Shown here: piece after piece, positions 39,611-53,574 of the stretch | How the letters are laid out: every line of letters begins with the position of its first letter | Numbering within the stretch: position 1 is the first letter of the stretch | DNA from: Octopus sinensis | Taxonomy: Eukaryota | DNA: 64,000 bases | Assembly (NCBI RefSeq): GCF_006345805.1 | Contig: NC_043003.1 | Location: forward strand, 24,676,001 to 24,740,000 | Reading direction: 5' to 3' | Made by a program: the position numbers and the translations under genes | Notes under the pieces: generated by a model | The model's database searches: none | What the model was told of the DNA's origin: nothing | What the model saw: the letters and a program-made list of their open reading frames with translations, nothing else

Positions 39611-39934
39611 CAGTTGTTCTCAAATGGAGTCCACATGGCCCCTAAGGGTCCATAGTAGATTTTTCGGCGTCACACAACAAAATAGTGAATTGGTGATCCA
39701 TAATAGTATTCAGTGGCCCCTGAAAAAATTTTGCTTCAGGTGTGTGTTGCTATGTATTGCAAGAAACAGCTAGGTTTCTTTGTCTAACAATTTACAATGT
39801 ATAAATACAAAATAGGAATTTTTTGAAGAAGTTCCGATAAAACTAGTTTTTCAACATCGAATGACTGTGGGTGTCCACCAGAATAAAATAGTAATCAAAG
39901 GGGTCCATAGATACTTGATAGTTGAGAATCCCTG
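39611..39934. mobile_element. hAT (Charlie-like) MITE
   Basis: cagttgttctcaa / ttgagaatccctg termini; perfect 8-bp TSD CCTTAGAG. Confidence 0.85.
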
Positions 39935-41598
39935 CCTTAGAGTATTATTTCTTAGAAACAAGGCACTAAACATTAATGGCTTTCTAGTGTATACATCCAG
40001 TTCATTTAATTTATTGTCTACTACAGATAGTCTTCACAGAGGGTGGGATGAGTTAACAGAAATGATGGATGACTTGACTGAATTTCTCTCAGTATCTGGT
40101 TGTTCTGATTCTGGATTTTTATTTTTTTTTATTTTATTACAATGCATTAATGCTTACTTTATCTGTTGCCTCTCATATCTCTTTGACATTGATAAATGAA
40201 CACCAGGCATGAACTGGGGTTTATCAAAAAATGCTGTACGCTTCCTTTACAAATTTCATGGAAGTGTTGGAGCTTGCAGAATTGTTAGCACATTAAACGA
40301 AATGCTTAGCAACATTTCATCCATCATTATGTTGTAGAAAGTTCATAAGTTCAAATTCTATCAGTCGACTTTGCTTTTCATCCTTTCAGGATTGATAAAG
40401 TAAGTACCAGTTGAGCACTGGGGTCCATGTAATCAACTAGCTTCCCTCCCCGCAAATTTCAGGCTTTGTGTCTGTAGCAGAAGGGATTATTGTTGTTGTT
40501 GCTGTTGTTATTGTTATTATTAAGATGGTGAACTGGCCGAATTGTTAGCTTACCTGACAAAATACTTAACCCTTTTGTTGCTATATTTCTGACCAAAATA
40601 CACCCCTCATGAGTTTCAATTAAATTCTAAAATAGTCATTAAACAACTGTAATTTGTTTTACTTATCAACATATTAATATGATATTTGGAACATAATTAA
40701 AGAAATGGTTCTTAATCAATTCTATTGCATAACTTTTATCTCAAAGTGACTTTAATTACAAGTAAATCCAGGTAAACTGAGCAAAAGGTAAAAATATTAA
40801 AATTTTGTTTAATGGCATCTCATCCCACTTTGTTCTGACTTCAAATTCCTCCAAGGCCAACATTGCCTTTCATCCTATTGGAATTGATTAAATAAGTACC
40901 AGTTGAGCACTGGGGTCAATGAAATTCACTAGCTCCCTCCCCAAAAATTACTGGTCATGTGCTTATAATAAAAAGAAATGATTATTGGATTTTTCATTGC
41001 AGTGTATTGTTGATGGTTAGTTTTCTGTTAATATAACCATATTGCAGGTGTTTTCTTTGTCAGCTGATTAAACACTGCTCTTGTTTGTAGTATAAGTTAT
41101 GTGACCATATAATTCTCAATAAAATCCTATAATTCTCCATAAAATCCTGTGAAAAATACACACAGGCAGTTAAGTACAATTATGGTTGTATGGATACAAG
41201 CTTCACTTTGTGGCCACAGGATCTCGAGTTCTATCTCACTGCCTGGTACTTTCAGCTAGAGTCCTCTAACATAACCATGGGCCATCTAATGCCTGGTGAG
41301 TGGAATTGATAGACAGAACTTGATAGAAGCCTCTTGAATGTATGTGTGTGTGGTGTATCTGTCTACCTGTATGTATGTATGTATTCTTTTATTTGTTTCA
41401 GTCATTTGACTGCAGCCATGCTAGAGCACCACCTTTAGTTGAACAAATCAACCCCAGGACTTATTCTTTGTAAACCTTGTACTTATTCTGTCAGTCTCTT
41501 TTGCTGAACCGCTAAGTTATGGGGGACATAAACACACCATCATCAGTTGTCAAGCAATGATGGTGGGGGGCAAACATTCACGTACACACACACACACG

Positions 41599-41648
<50 letters not shown>

Positions 41649-41799
41649 ACAGGCTTCTTTCAGTTTCTATCTACCAAATCCACTTGCAAGTCTTTGGTCG
41701 GCCCAAGGCTATAGTAGAAGACACTTGCCCAAGGTGGCACGCAGTGGGACTGAACCTGGAACCATGTGATTGGTGAGCAAGCTATTTACCACACAGCCA

Positions 41800-41833
<34 letters not shown>

Positions 41834-41934
41834 ATCATGTAATCATCCAATATCCATCTGCATGGATTGGACAATTTGATAGTATCCAATGAACTGGAGA
41901 ACTGTCAAACTCTCAATGTCTGTTTTGGCATTAC

Positions 41935-43004
41935 TGATATCCAACAGGTGCTTTGAAAAGGTTCAGTCTGCATCATCACCACTGAGCTGCAGTCTAATGT
42001 TGGTTGTGAACCTCAGCTTTTGCACATTGCTTCATAGTTAGGATGACTTCATGTTGGCATTTACCTCATCAGCTCTTGTTCCCTTTTGCAACCACAGGAA
42101 GGGTTTGTCTAAAGTCTCCTGCAAGCAACACTCTGGCACCTCCCACGAGCCTGCTGTTGTGTCTCAGATCCTGAAGGGCCATGTCAAGAGCGTCAAAGGA
42201 AACCTTATGGCTCATTGTCGCCTCATCCCAGATGATCAATCTTCATTCACCTAGAAGTTTGCCTTTTATAAAACCACGACTGATGTTGCAGTTTACCTTC
42301 TCTTTCTTGGACAGGTCCAAAGGGAGTTTGAAACAGGAATGAGCTGTGCGGCCACCACTTAGCAGAGTTGCAGCTATTCCACTTGACACCACTGCTATGG
42401 CAATGTTTCATTTGGCACAGTTTAGCCAGAAGAAGGTTGATCACAAATGTCTTACCAGTTCCACTTGGAGCATCGTGAAAGAAAAGACCTCCTCTTTCAC
42501 TTTCAATGCTCGAAATAATGGTCTTATAAACCTGCCCAACTTATATTGCTGAATTCCATCTGCCTGCCTGCCCTCCTGTTCAAGTCCAAAAACTGCCGTA
42601 TCTGAACCCTTATTGTTGTATTTACATATGTATTTCATACTTTTTATAGAGTTGCATGACTCAGCATTAACCCGTGCCTGCAATGTTTTAGACAGCAATG
42701 AATTGTAGGGCAGGATCCACCTGTTGTCAATTTCTATCCCTTGACAATTAACTTTGAGCTTGGTAGTGTTTAAGGTGAGCAATGGAAAATGAATTGGTTA
42801 TTTCTCTTAGCTGTTAAAGGGAAAGATATGGATGTGGGCCCTAGCCATCCAATTATAGATTTTTATTAAACTTCAATGAACCTAGTAACTGGATGTTACT
42901 TTAACATGTTTGCAAAGTTTCACAAAAATTTGTTAACAGGTGTAAACGGTAACTTGACACAAACAGACATCCAAACAGACAACTTGCGTTTATATATGTA
43001 CAGA
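41935..43004 (-). mobile_element. Internally deleted Helitron (5' end, Rep fragment and PIF1-helicase fragment)
   Basis: Minus strand: 5' TC terminus at 43004; IDNRWILPYNSLLSK...KYICKYNNKGSD (Rep); SSGIAATLLSGGRTAHSCFKLPL, IIWDEATMSHK and GGARVLLAGDFRQTLPV (helicase), with stops and frameshifts. Confidence 0.9.
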
Positions 43005-46000
43005 TATATACAGTGGTTTCAGTTTCAATCTACCAAATCCAGTCACAAGGCATTGATTGTCCTGAGGCTATAATAGAAGACACTTGCCCAAGGTTCCGCA
43101 AGGTGCAAAGAACCAGGAACAATATGGTTGGGAAGTAAACTTTTTACCACATAGTTATGCCTGCACCTGCCATGCCTGATCCTAAATGCATATTCCCATG
43201 TTGGGAATCAAACCAAACCACCCGGGTGAAATCCAAGAATCCTAACCACTCGGCCACTGACACACACACTCTCACTCACTTGCATGCACTCACTCATATG
43301 CATGCACTCATTCACTCGCATGCACACACTTGCACTCACTTGCACGCACATGCACACAATGGGCTTGTTTCAGTTTCCATCTATCAAATCCACTCCAAAG
43401 TCTCTGGTTACCCTTGGGCAATAGTAGAAGACACCCAGGATGCCACGTAGTGAGACCGAACCTGAAACAACATGGTTGAGAAGCAAGCTTCTTAACCATG
43501 CAGCCACAATACTGACAGAAATGATGCTGCAAGACAAGATTACATGCCTTTGCTTTTTTGTCCATCTACTCTCTGGATTGAAATCCAGCCAGGGTTAACT
43601 TCTTTTTCTTTCATTTATTCAATTAATGAAATAACATTAAAAAAAAAATAGTGATAGGCAGTTGCGATGGTGGGGAAGTGTTAATCAAATTAACTTGAGT
43701 CTTTTCATGAATATTAGTGAATATTGGCCTGTGTAACTTCAAAAGAATCAGTGTGCGTCTCAGTCCACTGGTCCACTGTATGTTCATTTATTTGTAAAAT
43801 ATTCTTTCATATTGTATTGATTGTGACATATACTGTAATGCTGCTTTTATTGCCATTGTGTCAATTAAAGAAAATATAGTTGTTGATATTACTGTTATAA
43901 ATCTCATTGGAGTCGAAGCGATATTAATTAATTCAGTCATCTCAGGTCTTTTATTTTTCTTTTGGTTCTCTCTGTCTCTCTCCTTCCTTCCTCTCTCTGT
44001 CTCTCTCTCTCTATCTCTTGTTCTATCATTATCAATTTAGAAATATATTGACGAGAACTAAAAGTTTCACATAATTTTGGAAAACAATTTCTATATAATT
44101 TGTTGAATTGATTTTAATTTATTCAAGTTTATTTTATCAATTTATTTTATTTATTTATTTATTTATTTATTTATTAAATGAACTGTCCTGAGACAGACGA
44201 AAAAATGTAACATTTTTTTTTTTGTTTGTTCATATAAATGTCAAATGTTCTATATCAAAATATATTTGGAAATATGAACAGATCAAATTTTGCTCTTGTT
44301 ATTCCCACTGACAGTGATAGTATCATTGCAATTGCCTTATCCAGATATTCCCGTTTAGATGATATAGAGGCCCCTTTTGGTCATGAATGACTGTGGGATT
44401 GCACCTAGAAAATGACCCTCTTAGGCACAAGTCCGAGCAAGGTTGTTTATGGAAGACCAGCAGTCGCCCATGCATACCAGCTGCCCCTCTCCACACCACC
44501 AATGCTATCTAAGAGAAAGGCAAAGGTCTTATACAGCTTGGCACCATTGATGTCACAACTCATTTCTACAGCTGAGTGAACTGGAGCAACATGAAATAAA
44601 GTACCTTGCTCAAGAACACAACACACAGCCCAGTCTGAGAATCGAACTCATTACCTCAATGCTCTAACCACTGAGCCATGCACCTTCACAAATGACATAA
44701 TAATGTTTTTAATGAGAGTTCTTAGATATGGTTGCTCTATCTATATTGTGTACTTGATGTCCAGAGAAGGGGAAGATGTTTGAAATAATCATTATCAGTA
44801 GCAGCAGCAGTATTTCAGCATCTACTTTTCCATGCTTGCATGGATTAGTTGAGACTGCATTGGATCAGGGTTTTCTATGGATGGATGCCCTTCCTGATGC
44901 CAACCTTCACTTGTTTCCAAACTAAGTAATAATATCCCCCAACTGTTGAAATATGAACAGGTGTGGCTGTGTGGTAAGAAGCTTGTTTCCCAATCACATG
45001 GTTCCAGGTCCAGTCCCACTGCATGGCACCTTGGGTAAGTGTCTTTTACTATAGCCTTGGGCTGACCAAAGCCTTGTGGGTAGATTTGGTAAACAGAAAC
45101 TGAAAGAAGCCTGTTGTGTGAGTGTGTTGTGTTATGTGTGTGTGTGTGTGTCTGTGTTTGTCCCCCTATCACCACTTGACAACTGGTGTTGGTGTGTTTA
45201 CGTCCCCATAACTTAGCAGTTTGGTAAAAAAAAGATCAATAGCTTAAGAAATAAGTCCTGGGGTTGATTTGTTCAACTAAAACCCTTCAAGGCAGTGCTC
45301 CAGCATGGCCACAGTCTAATGATTGAAACCAGTAAAAGAATAAAAAAAACCCAGACATGTTTAAACAGGGAACCGGAAACAAATGATGTTGTCTAATTGA
45401 GCATTCTGCTTAGCCTTTCCAAAGACCACACAACATCTCAAAAAGCCTAGTTTGCTTTGACAGTGGACTGCAAGCAAATGACATCACAGTCTATATAAAC
45501 TGAGATATTTTTGATTACAATCAGTGAACACACACGAAGGCAAGAGAAAATGCAAACTCATTCACTTAAACTCACACAGAACACACACATACACACACAC
45601 GCATACAGGACTTCTTCCGTTTCTATCTGCAAACCTTTACTCACTCATAAGATATTAGCTGACCTGCAGTTATAGTACAGTTATAGCACAGCTGACAGAA
45701 TCCATGCAGTAGGACTGACACCCTAACTGTGTGGTTCCAAAAAGAAAGTCAATAAGAGATTCTTAAATGAATGCTGACCACTCTCTCCCACCTCCTTTTT
45801 TTTTTCAACTTAACCATTAACAGAGACATGTGTGATGTGTTGTTCTTTACTTTTGCTTTTGATCTGGAGCAGCTTAAGTCCTGTTCTACTCAAGCAGACT
45901 GTGAATCCAGAAGTTGCTAACTAAAACAAACACTGAAGCAGCACTTCTAGTTGTGGCTCTTTGATTCTTATTGTGGACATATCTTAAGAATTAGCAATTA

Positions 46001-47138
46001 AAGATGGCAGACCTCTTTCACCTCACATTTTAGAGATTTTGTGATGTGTTGCTGCCTGCTGTTCAAACTTATGTGCTGTGTTTCCTTCCTCTCTTTGCTC
46101 TGCAAGTCTTGGAAGCCTTGCAAGAAGGCATTAGTGCCATAATTCTCAGTTTCAGTTCTTTGAGGTGAAAAAGGTTAATCAATGAATAGATTTTGATAGT
46201 TATAAATAATTAACCATGAAGTACAAGTGTTGCTATCTCATCTATTCTTCTCAATGCCAAGCACTCAAGTACAAAGTGATGTATTAATGTAAATACACAC
46301 AACTATTCATATTGGGGTGTGTATGTGTATATATGTGTGTGTATGTGCATATATATGTGTGTATGTGCACGTGTGTATATATGTGTGTGTGCGTGTGGAT
46401 AAATACCTGTTTGTTTCGATTCAACAGTTTTACATAATCAGCAATTTCACCCCAGCATCCATTCAATAGATTCATCTCTCTTTTACCAAGCATCCACAAC
46501 AATGGAATCTATTTAAATTATCACACTCAAACAATTTACAGAGAAGTCCATTCATAATAATGTTCATCCACTCAACATTGTAACACCTAAAAACTTGATA
46601 ACACCCATTTGCTCCATAATAATTGAAATCCATCATTTCTTCTGCTGTGTTCATTCAGTTGAAATAATAGTAATAATTATCAAACATAATACAATAACTA
46701 TCCCATCACTTCAATAATGGTTACAAATATAGCCGAAAGCTTTAGTCAGTCCCCCGCTTTCTTGTCTTCGCATTGGAAAAATTACTTCATCTTTTCTCTC
46801 AACTGACTTATCGAACCATTAGAAAGTATGAACTCTGAACACGTATACATTTATATCTTGGCTGTTGAATGAACAGGAGTTTTATCCTGCTAGAAATAGC
46901 CACCAAATCTCCTCCGAATTACACCTTGTCATATGAGAAAGTGATACAATGGATAAAGTAGTCCTAGGTACATTATTAGGTATGTGAGAAAGAGTGGGTA
47001 GTTATAGTAGTATTGCTTTGATCATAGGTTTGCTGGATTAGGGTTGAGTTGGGTGTAATAACATGGTTCTTTCATTTCACATCTTATTTTCTTCGTTTTT
47101 TTTTTCTTTTTTGTGAATGAACTTAGGTAGAGGTAGAG

Positions 47139-47378
47139 GGTTGGCGAAAGCGATGTGGTGGACAACAAAAAACCTTGCTGATGACAGTCAAGGCTGATCT
47201 GGAACCCTACCTAGGCCCCCATATCTACGGCGTTCTCCGCTGGAGTAAGGAGTGGCTGGAGATCACGCAGTCGTTAGCCTCAAATTGCCAGGTCTAGTCG
47301 GCGTTTGTGAGAGATGCAGCATTGAGGATGAATAAAGCCAGCTCAACCCACCCTGGGTGAATGCTGTCTCAAGACAAA
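47139..47378 (+). mobile_element. 3' end of a second RTE-clade LINE family
   Basis: GWRKRCGGQQKT...VKADLEPYLGPHIYGVLRWSKEWL...ASNCQV*, with an in-frame stop where W is expected. Confidence 0.7.
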
Positions 47379-47755
47379 AAGGAGAAGGAGATTGTAGAAG
47401 CCCATCATATATAGTCTGTTTTGGCTTGGTCTCCATAGCTGGATAGCCTTCCTAATGCCATCCATTCCACAGAGTGTAGTGGGCACTTTTTATGTGTCCC
47501 ATTGGTTAATTGAACAATTAGTTCATAATTAAAACCAAATGAGATACTTTTGCTTCATTGCTTCCCTCTTCCTCAATTTCAAATTTTAAATTCCTAATCC
47601 CATTTCATGTTATTAAGGGATGTTACCTTCCTCGTATCAACAGCCACAGGGCACCACATGAGCTAAATCACATTTTCTCAAAAAAAAAAATAATAAAATA
47701 TTATTAAAAAAAACCTAGAATGATTCTAAATGCAAGTCTTTCTTCTATTTTGTAG

Positions 47756-47845
47756 GCCACTAAAGTTGCTAGCACTGCAGCCAAACGAACCAAGGAACTT
47801 AGTTTAACTGTCAATGAATCTGTTATCAAACCTACACGAGATAAG
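47756..47845 (+). CDS. ARFGAP1: Internal coding exon of an ArfGAP1-like gene (region between the ALPS motifs)
   Basis: Strong acceptor tctttcttctattttgtag| and donor AAG|gtaaga; 90 nt, open, phase 0/0. Translation ATKVASTAAKRTKELSLTVNESVIKPTRDK resembles vertebrate ArfGAP1 ATKFGSQASQKASELGHSLNENVLKPAQEK (recalled from memory, not searched). No other ArfGAP1 exon was recognised in the window. Confidence 0.82.
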
Positions 47846-48321
47846 GTAAGATTTGCCATCTGAGTTTTCTGAGTTTTATTGCATCTTTATGCATATTTTA
47901 CATTTGTATATTTGTGCATGCATGTGTGCATATTTATGTTTTTATATAGTTGCACTGGTGCAGTTGCATGTCTGTTTTGCATTGCAGAGAACTTGAGAAC
48001 TTCACTTGCATTGTCTTGTTTTAAGTTTTATGCCTATTTCTACAGTGTGTGTGTGTATATGCACACTTACACACATATACACAAACATGTGTATGTGTAT
48101 AGATGTATATATACTAATGTATGTATACATACATATGTGTGTGGTGTGTATGCATGTATATATATATATATACACATATGTATATGTGTGTATGTATATA
48201 TATATTCTATATATATATATAATTTGCACAACAAATATTTAAAACGTACTAACAAATATATATATATATTATATATATAATATATATATATATATATTAT
48301 ATATATTTATTATATAGAAGG

Positions 48322-48371
48322 AGCTTCTACAGGACTAGTACTGTTTCATTCAAGAGAATCTTCAGGAAGCT
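48322..48371 (-). ncRNA. Type I hammerhead ribozyme motif (Penelope-like-element type), core intact
   Basis: Minus strand reads AGCUUC-CUGAAGA-UUCUCUUGAAU-GAAA-CAG UACUAGUC CUGU-A-GAAGCU. 6-bp stem I, CUGANGA and GAAA cores, short stem II, stem III ACAG/CUGU within a near-palindrome, GUA cleavage triplet. Confidence 0.8.
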
Positions 48372-48684
48372 ATTTAAACCAGAATTGTATTAGCATTTAT
48401 ACATTTAGGCATGTTTTAAAGGAGTGGTGGTGGGGGACTTTTTTGGGGGTAGGCATAGCGCAAATTATCATACTTGGGGGAGTGGTCAAGGAGTCAGAGG
48501 TAAGTTTAGGTGAAGAATAGATAAATAAAAAATAAAAAATAAAAAATAAAAAATAAAAAAAAAATAAATGTGTGCACATACATACATAAACCATATACAT
48601 ACACACACACATACGTACACATGTGTGCCTATACATACCTACACATACACGCATACACATACATACATATATATATATACACAC

Positions 48685-48715
<31 letters not shown>

Positions 48716-49077
48716 ATACTATATATAATATAATATACACAATCCAATACAGGCCCATTCCCTAATTTTAATTTTATTATCTTCATTTATTACTTTTGTT
48801 ATCTTTGATCGCTAGAGCTAAGGATCCTGGCGATGGCAGCATGTCCAAATTGTCTGTCTACTAGAAGGCAAGTACTCGTTCCCACACCACAACCACTCAT
48901 TAGCACGTACATACACCCATTCGTACACTCATACACATACACGTACGCACGCGTTATATTCATACATACAAAACATCTACATACGTTCACGTATATACAC
49001 ATACGTACTCATACCTACAGATTCATGTCTACACTTTAGGAGGCTAGTCTATATATATACACCAATAAATATACATA

Positions 49078-49109
<32 letters not shown>

Positions 49110-49236
49110 CCACATATAAACATACACACACACACACACATATATACTCCTACATACAGATACATACCTATATATATATATATATATATATATACCCACA
49201 CATACATGTACATATAATATATATACATATACATAC

Positions 49237-49267
<31 letters not shown>

Positions 49268-49499
49268 CACATATACATACATACATACACAACACCCCAT
49301 ATATATACACACACATCATACACATATATATACATACACAAACTATATACACACATATATATATATATTATATATACAATACACACATACATACACACAC
49401 CTACATACATATACACACAAACACATACATACGTAAACATACATACATACATCCATACATCCATACTTACATGCACTTATACGCATACACACACCCCCA

Positions 49500-49549
<50 letters not shown>

Positions 49550-50105
49550 CACACTCACACATACATATACAAATATACGCCCACACATACATACATACAT
49601 ACATACACGTATACGCATACACGCACATACACATATACATGCGTACCCATACACGTGCCCACACGCACATGCATCCATATGTATACACACACACACATAT
49701 ATACACGTGTGCAAGCATACATACATACTCATACACGCACACATACTTACATATACATATATGCACACACTTACACACATATATACATACACATTACATG
49801 CATACATACATATATGCATACTACAACATACACGCACATACACATATACACATGCGTACCCATACACGTGCACGCACGCACGCGCATCCATATATATACA
49901 CACGCCCACATATATAACACGTGTGCAAGCATACATACATACTTACACGCGCACATACTTACATATACATATATGCACACACACTTCCACACATATATAC
50001 ATACACATATACATGCATACATACATATATGCATACATACACACACGCGCACTCATATATACATTATATATACACCACATACACATATATACATATACAT
50101 ATATA

Positions 50106-50136
<31 letters not shown>

Positions 50137-50759
50137 ATATATTTTTATACACATATACACATACACATGTGTATAAAAATATATATATATATATATAATA
50201 TATATATGTATATGTATATATGTGTATGTGTGTGTATATATATTGTATATATGAGTGCGCGTGTGTGTATGTATGCATATATGTATGTATGCATGTATAT
50301 GTGTATGTATATGTGTGGAAGTGTGTGCATATATGTATATGTAAGTATGTGCGCGTGTATGAGTATGTATGTATGCTTGCACACGGTATATATATGTGTG
50401 CGTGTGTATATATATGGATGCGCGTGCGTGCGTGCACGTGTATGGGTACGCATGTGTATATGTGTATGTGCGTGTATGTGTATGTATGCATATATGTATG
50501 TATGCATGTATATGTGTATGTATATATGTGTGTAAGTGTGTGCATATATGTATATGTAAGTATGTGTGCTGTATGAGTATTATGTATGCTTGCACACGTG
50601 TATATATGTGTGTGTGTGTATACATTGGATGCATGTGCGTGTGGGCACGTGTTGGCGCATGTATGTATGGGTACGCATGTATATGTGATGTGCGTGTATG
50701 CGTATACGTGTATGTATGTATGTATGTGTGGGCGTACATTTGTATATGTATGTGTGAGT

Positions 50760-50801
<42 letters not shown>

Positions 50802-51037
50802 ATATATATAGATGGGGGTGTGTGTATGCGTATAAGTGCATGTAAGTATGGATGTATGGATGTATGTATGTATGTTTACGTATGTATGTGTTTGTGTGTA
50901 TATGTATGTAGGTGTGTGTATGTATGTGTGTATATATATATATATTATGTGTGTATATATGTTTGTGTATGTATATATATGTGTATGTATGTGTGTGTAT
51001 ATATATGGGTGTGTGTGTATGTATGTATGTATATGTG

Positions 51038-51068
<31 letters not shown>

Positions 51069-51922
51069 GTATGTATATGTATATATATATATGTACATGT
51101 ATGTGTGGGTATATATATATATATATATATTATATAGGTATGTATCTGTATGTAGGAGTATATATGTGTGTGTGTTGGTGTATGTGTATATGTGTAATAT
51201 ATATATGTATATATATATATATATATGTATATTTATTGGTGTATATATATAGACTAGCCTCCTAATTGTAGACATGAATCTGTAGGTATGAGTACGTATG
51301 TGTATATACGTGAACGTATGTAGATGTTTGTATGTATGAATATAACGCGTGCGTACGTGTATGTGTATGAGTGTACGAATGGGTGTATGTACGTGCTAAT
51401 GAGTGTGCGTGTGGGAACGAGTACTTGCCTTCTAGTAGACAGACAATTTGGACATGCTGCCATCGCCAGGATCCTTAGCTCTAGCGATCAAAGATAACAA
51501 AGTAATAATGAAGATAATAAAATTAAATTAGGAATGGGCCTGTATTGGATTGTGTATATATATTATATATATGTAATATATATATTATATATATTATTAT
51601 ATATATGGTTATATATATATATGATGTATGTGTATGCGTGTATGTGTAGGTATGTATAGGCCCACATGTACGTATGTGTGTGTGTATGTATATGTGTTTA
51701 TGTATGTATGTGCCACATTTATTTTTTTTATTTTTTTTATTTTTAATTTTTTTTTTTATTTTTTATTTTTTTTTTATCTATTCTTTCACCTAACTTACCT
51801 CTGACTCCTTGACCACTCCCCAAGTATGATAATTTGCGCTATGCCTACCCCCAAAAAAGTCCCCCACCACCACTCCTTTAAACTGCCTAAATGTATAAAT
51901 GCTAATACAATTCTTGTTAAAT

Positions 51923-51972
51923 AGCTCCTGAAGATTTCTCTTGAATGAAACAGTACTAGTCCTGTAGAAGCT
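51923..51972 (+). ncRNA. Type I hammerhead ribozyme motif, mirror copy at the right end of the palindrome
   Basis: agctc-ctgaaga-tttctcttgaat-gaaa-cagtactagtcctgt-a-gaagct. Differs from the left copy only by single-T indels. Predicted cleavage 3' of A51966. Confidence 0.78.
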
Positions 51973-52053
51973 CCTTCTATATATAAATTAATTTATACTG
52001 GTATGTATTGAGTACCTTACTTACTGTGGTTAACCCCGGATCAACCCGGGACC

Positions 52054-52094
<41 letters not shown>

Positions 52095-53574
52095 TCATAT
52101 ACTTACATATATATAAAATTGTCCAAATTTTGTTATCATCTAAATTTCTCTTTCTCTCTTGTGTGTGTGTGTGTGTGAATGTGTATCTATATATGAGTGA
52201 TAAAGAAATTTATATACAGACAAAATGTGGCTTTATTTTCTAACTTTTCATTATCACAAATGAGTATTTATAAGTTATGGATTTTGTTGTAAGTTCTTTT
52301 CCTCTATTTCTATCTATCTATATCTGTGTATGTGTATATATTTCTGTATACATCTATTTGTATTCTTATCTCTAAATCTCCCTCCCTCACTCTTTTCTCA
52401 CTTATTACACTTTCTTTCTATCTATCTATTTATCTGTCTTTCCTTCAGTCTATATCTTATCTCTCTTTCTCTCTCTCCCTTCCTCCCTCATTTTTTAAAG
52501 ATATAACCAACGGACTTGATTTTATTAAATTAGTATTGATTACCTATATTGGCTATTTGTACATCTGTATGTATTATTAAACAGAGAATAGAGTGCCTAA
52601 AGCTAAGACTTACATAGTGCCACACCACTCTAACCCCCTTCTCACTTCCCAAAGGGTATTTGTATAAAAGAAGCAGGTCTTTGTGCCAATCTTTCGGTAT
52701 TATTGTGTTTCTTCCATTTATTCACATTTTATTTCCTCGGTGGGTGAATAAAGAAACAGTGCCAAACAGATAACCACTTGAACAGAGCACAACAGAACAA
52801 AAGTAAGCTAAGCAGAAAATTTACCATTTATGTGCATGCACCATTCTGTGACTGTAAATGAGCACGCAGTGAATATATTTATAAACAGAAACATACATAA
52901 TACATATATATACATATATATGTTTGTATAAACACACATAGATTTGCTTGTATACTCTCTTGGTCGTGGTTTTGTTTTATATCCATTTTCAATCAAGAAT
53001 CCTTCCTTGTGTTCCAGTTCTGCTTTAAAATATTGGACCACACATAAATATGAAGATCTTCTTCACTCGGAAAAAATTGCCTTGAGCTATCTGCTCCAAC
53101 CCTTTATGTTCTGAGTTCAAATGCCTCTGAGGTTGACTTTGCCCTTCATCCTTTTAGGGTTGATGAAATAAGTACAAATTGGGCACTAGGGCTAGATGTA
53201 ATTGACTTATCTCCTACCCAAGAATGACTGATCTTATTCCAAAATTTGGAACCTCTATTATTATTATTATTACCATTATTATTAAGGCTGCAAGCTGGTA
53301 AAATTATTAGCACACTAGACGAAATGTCTAACCACGTTTCTTCCAGTTCTTTACATTCTGGGTTCAAATTCCACTGAGGAATTGATGCAATTGACTTCCC
53401 TTCCCCTCAAAAACTGCCAGCCCTTTGCCAAAATTTGGAGCCATTATTAAGGTGACAAGCTATCAGAATCATTAGTTTGTTGGACAAAATGCGTAGTGAT
53501 ATTTTTTCTGGTTCTCTATGCTTTGAGGTCAACTTTGCCTTTCATCCTTTCAGGATTGATACAATAAGGTACCT

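Larger units (their letters stand above)
48306..51987. repeat. ~3.7-kb palindrome (two ~1.83-kb inverted arms, 12-nt spacer at 50155-50166)
   Basis: Unique segments 48316-48520 and 48730-49050 recur as reverse complements at about 51775-51980 and 51250-51550. Centre reads atttttatacacat...atgtgtataaaaat. Confidence 0.95.

Noticed and set aside
48799-48870. Ankyrin-like QFGHAAIARIL on the minus strand
   Set aside because: No TPLH half, a stop follows shortly, and it is too short to be significant.
49044-51275. Many 100-240-aa ORFs rich in Y/I/H/T/C/V/M (also 403-927, 22500-24500)
   Set aside because: These are translations of TA/CA microsatellite, which rarely contains stop codons.
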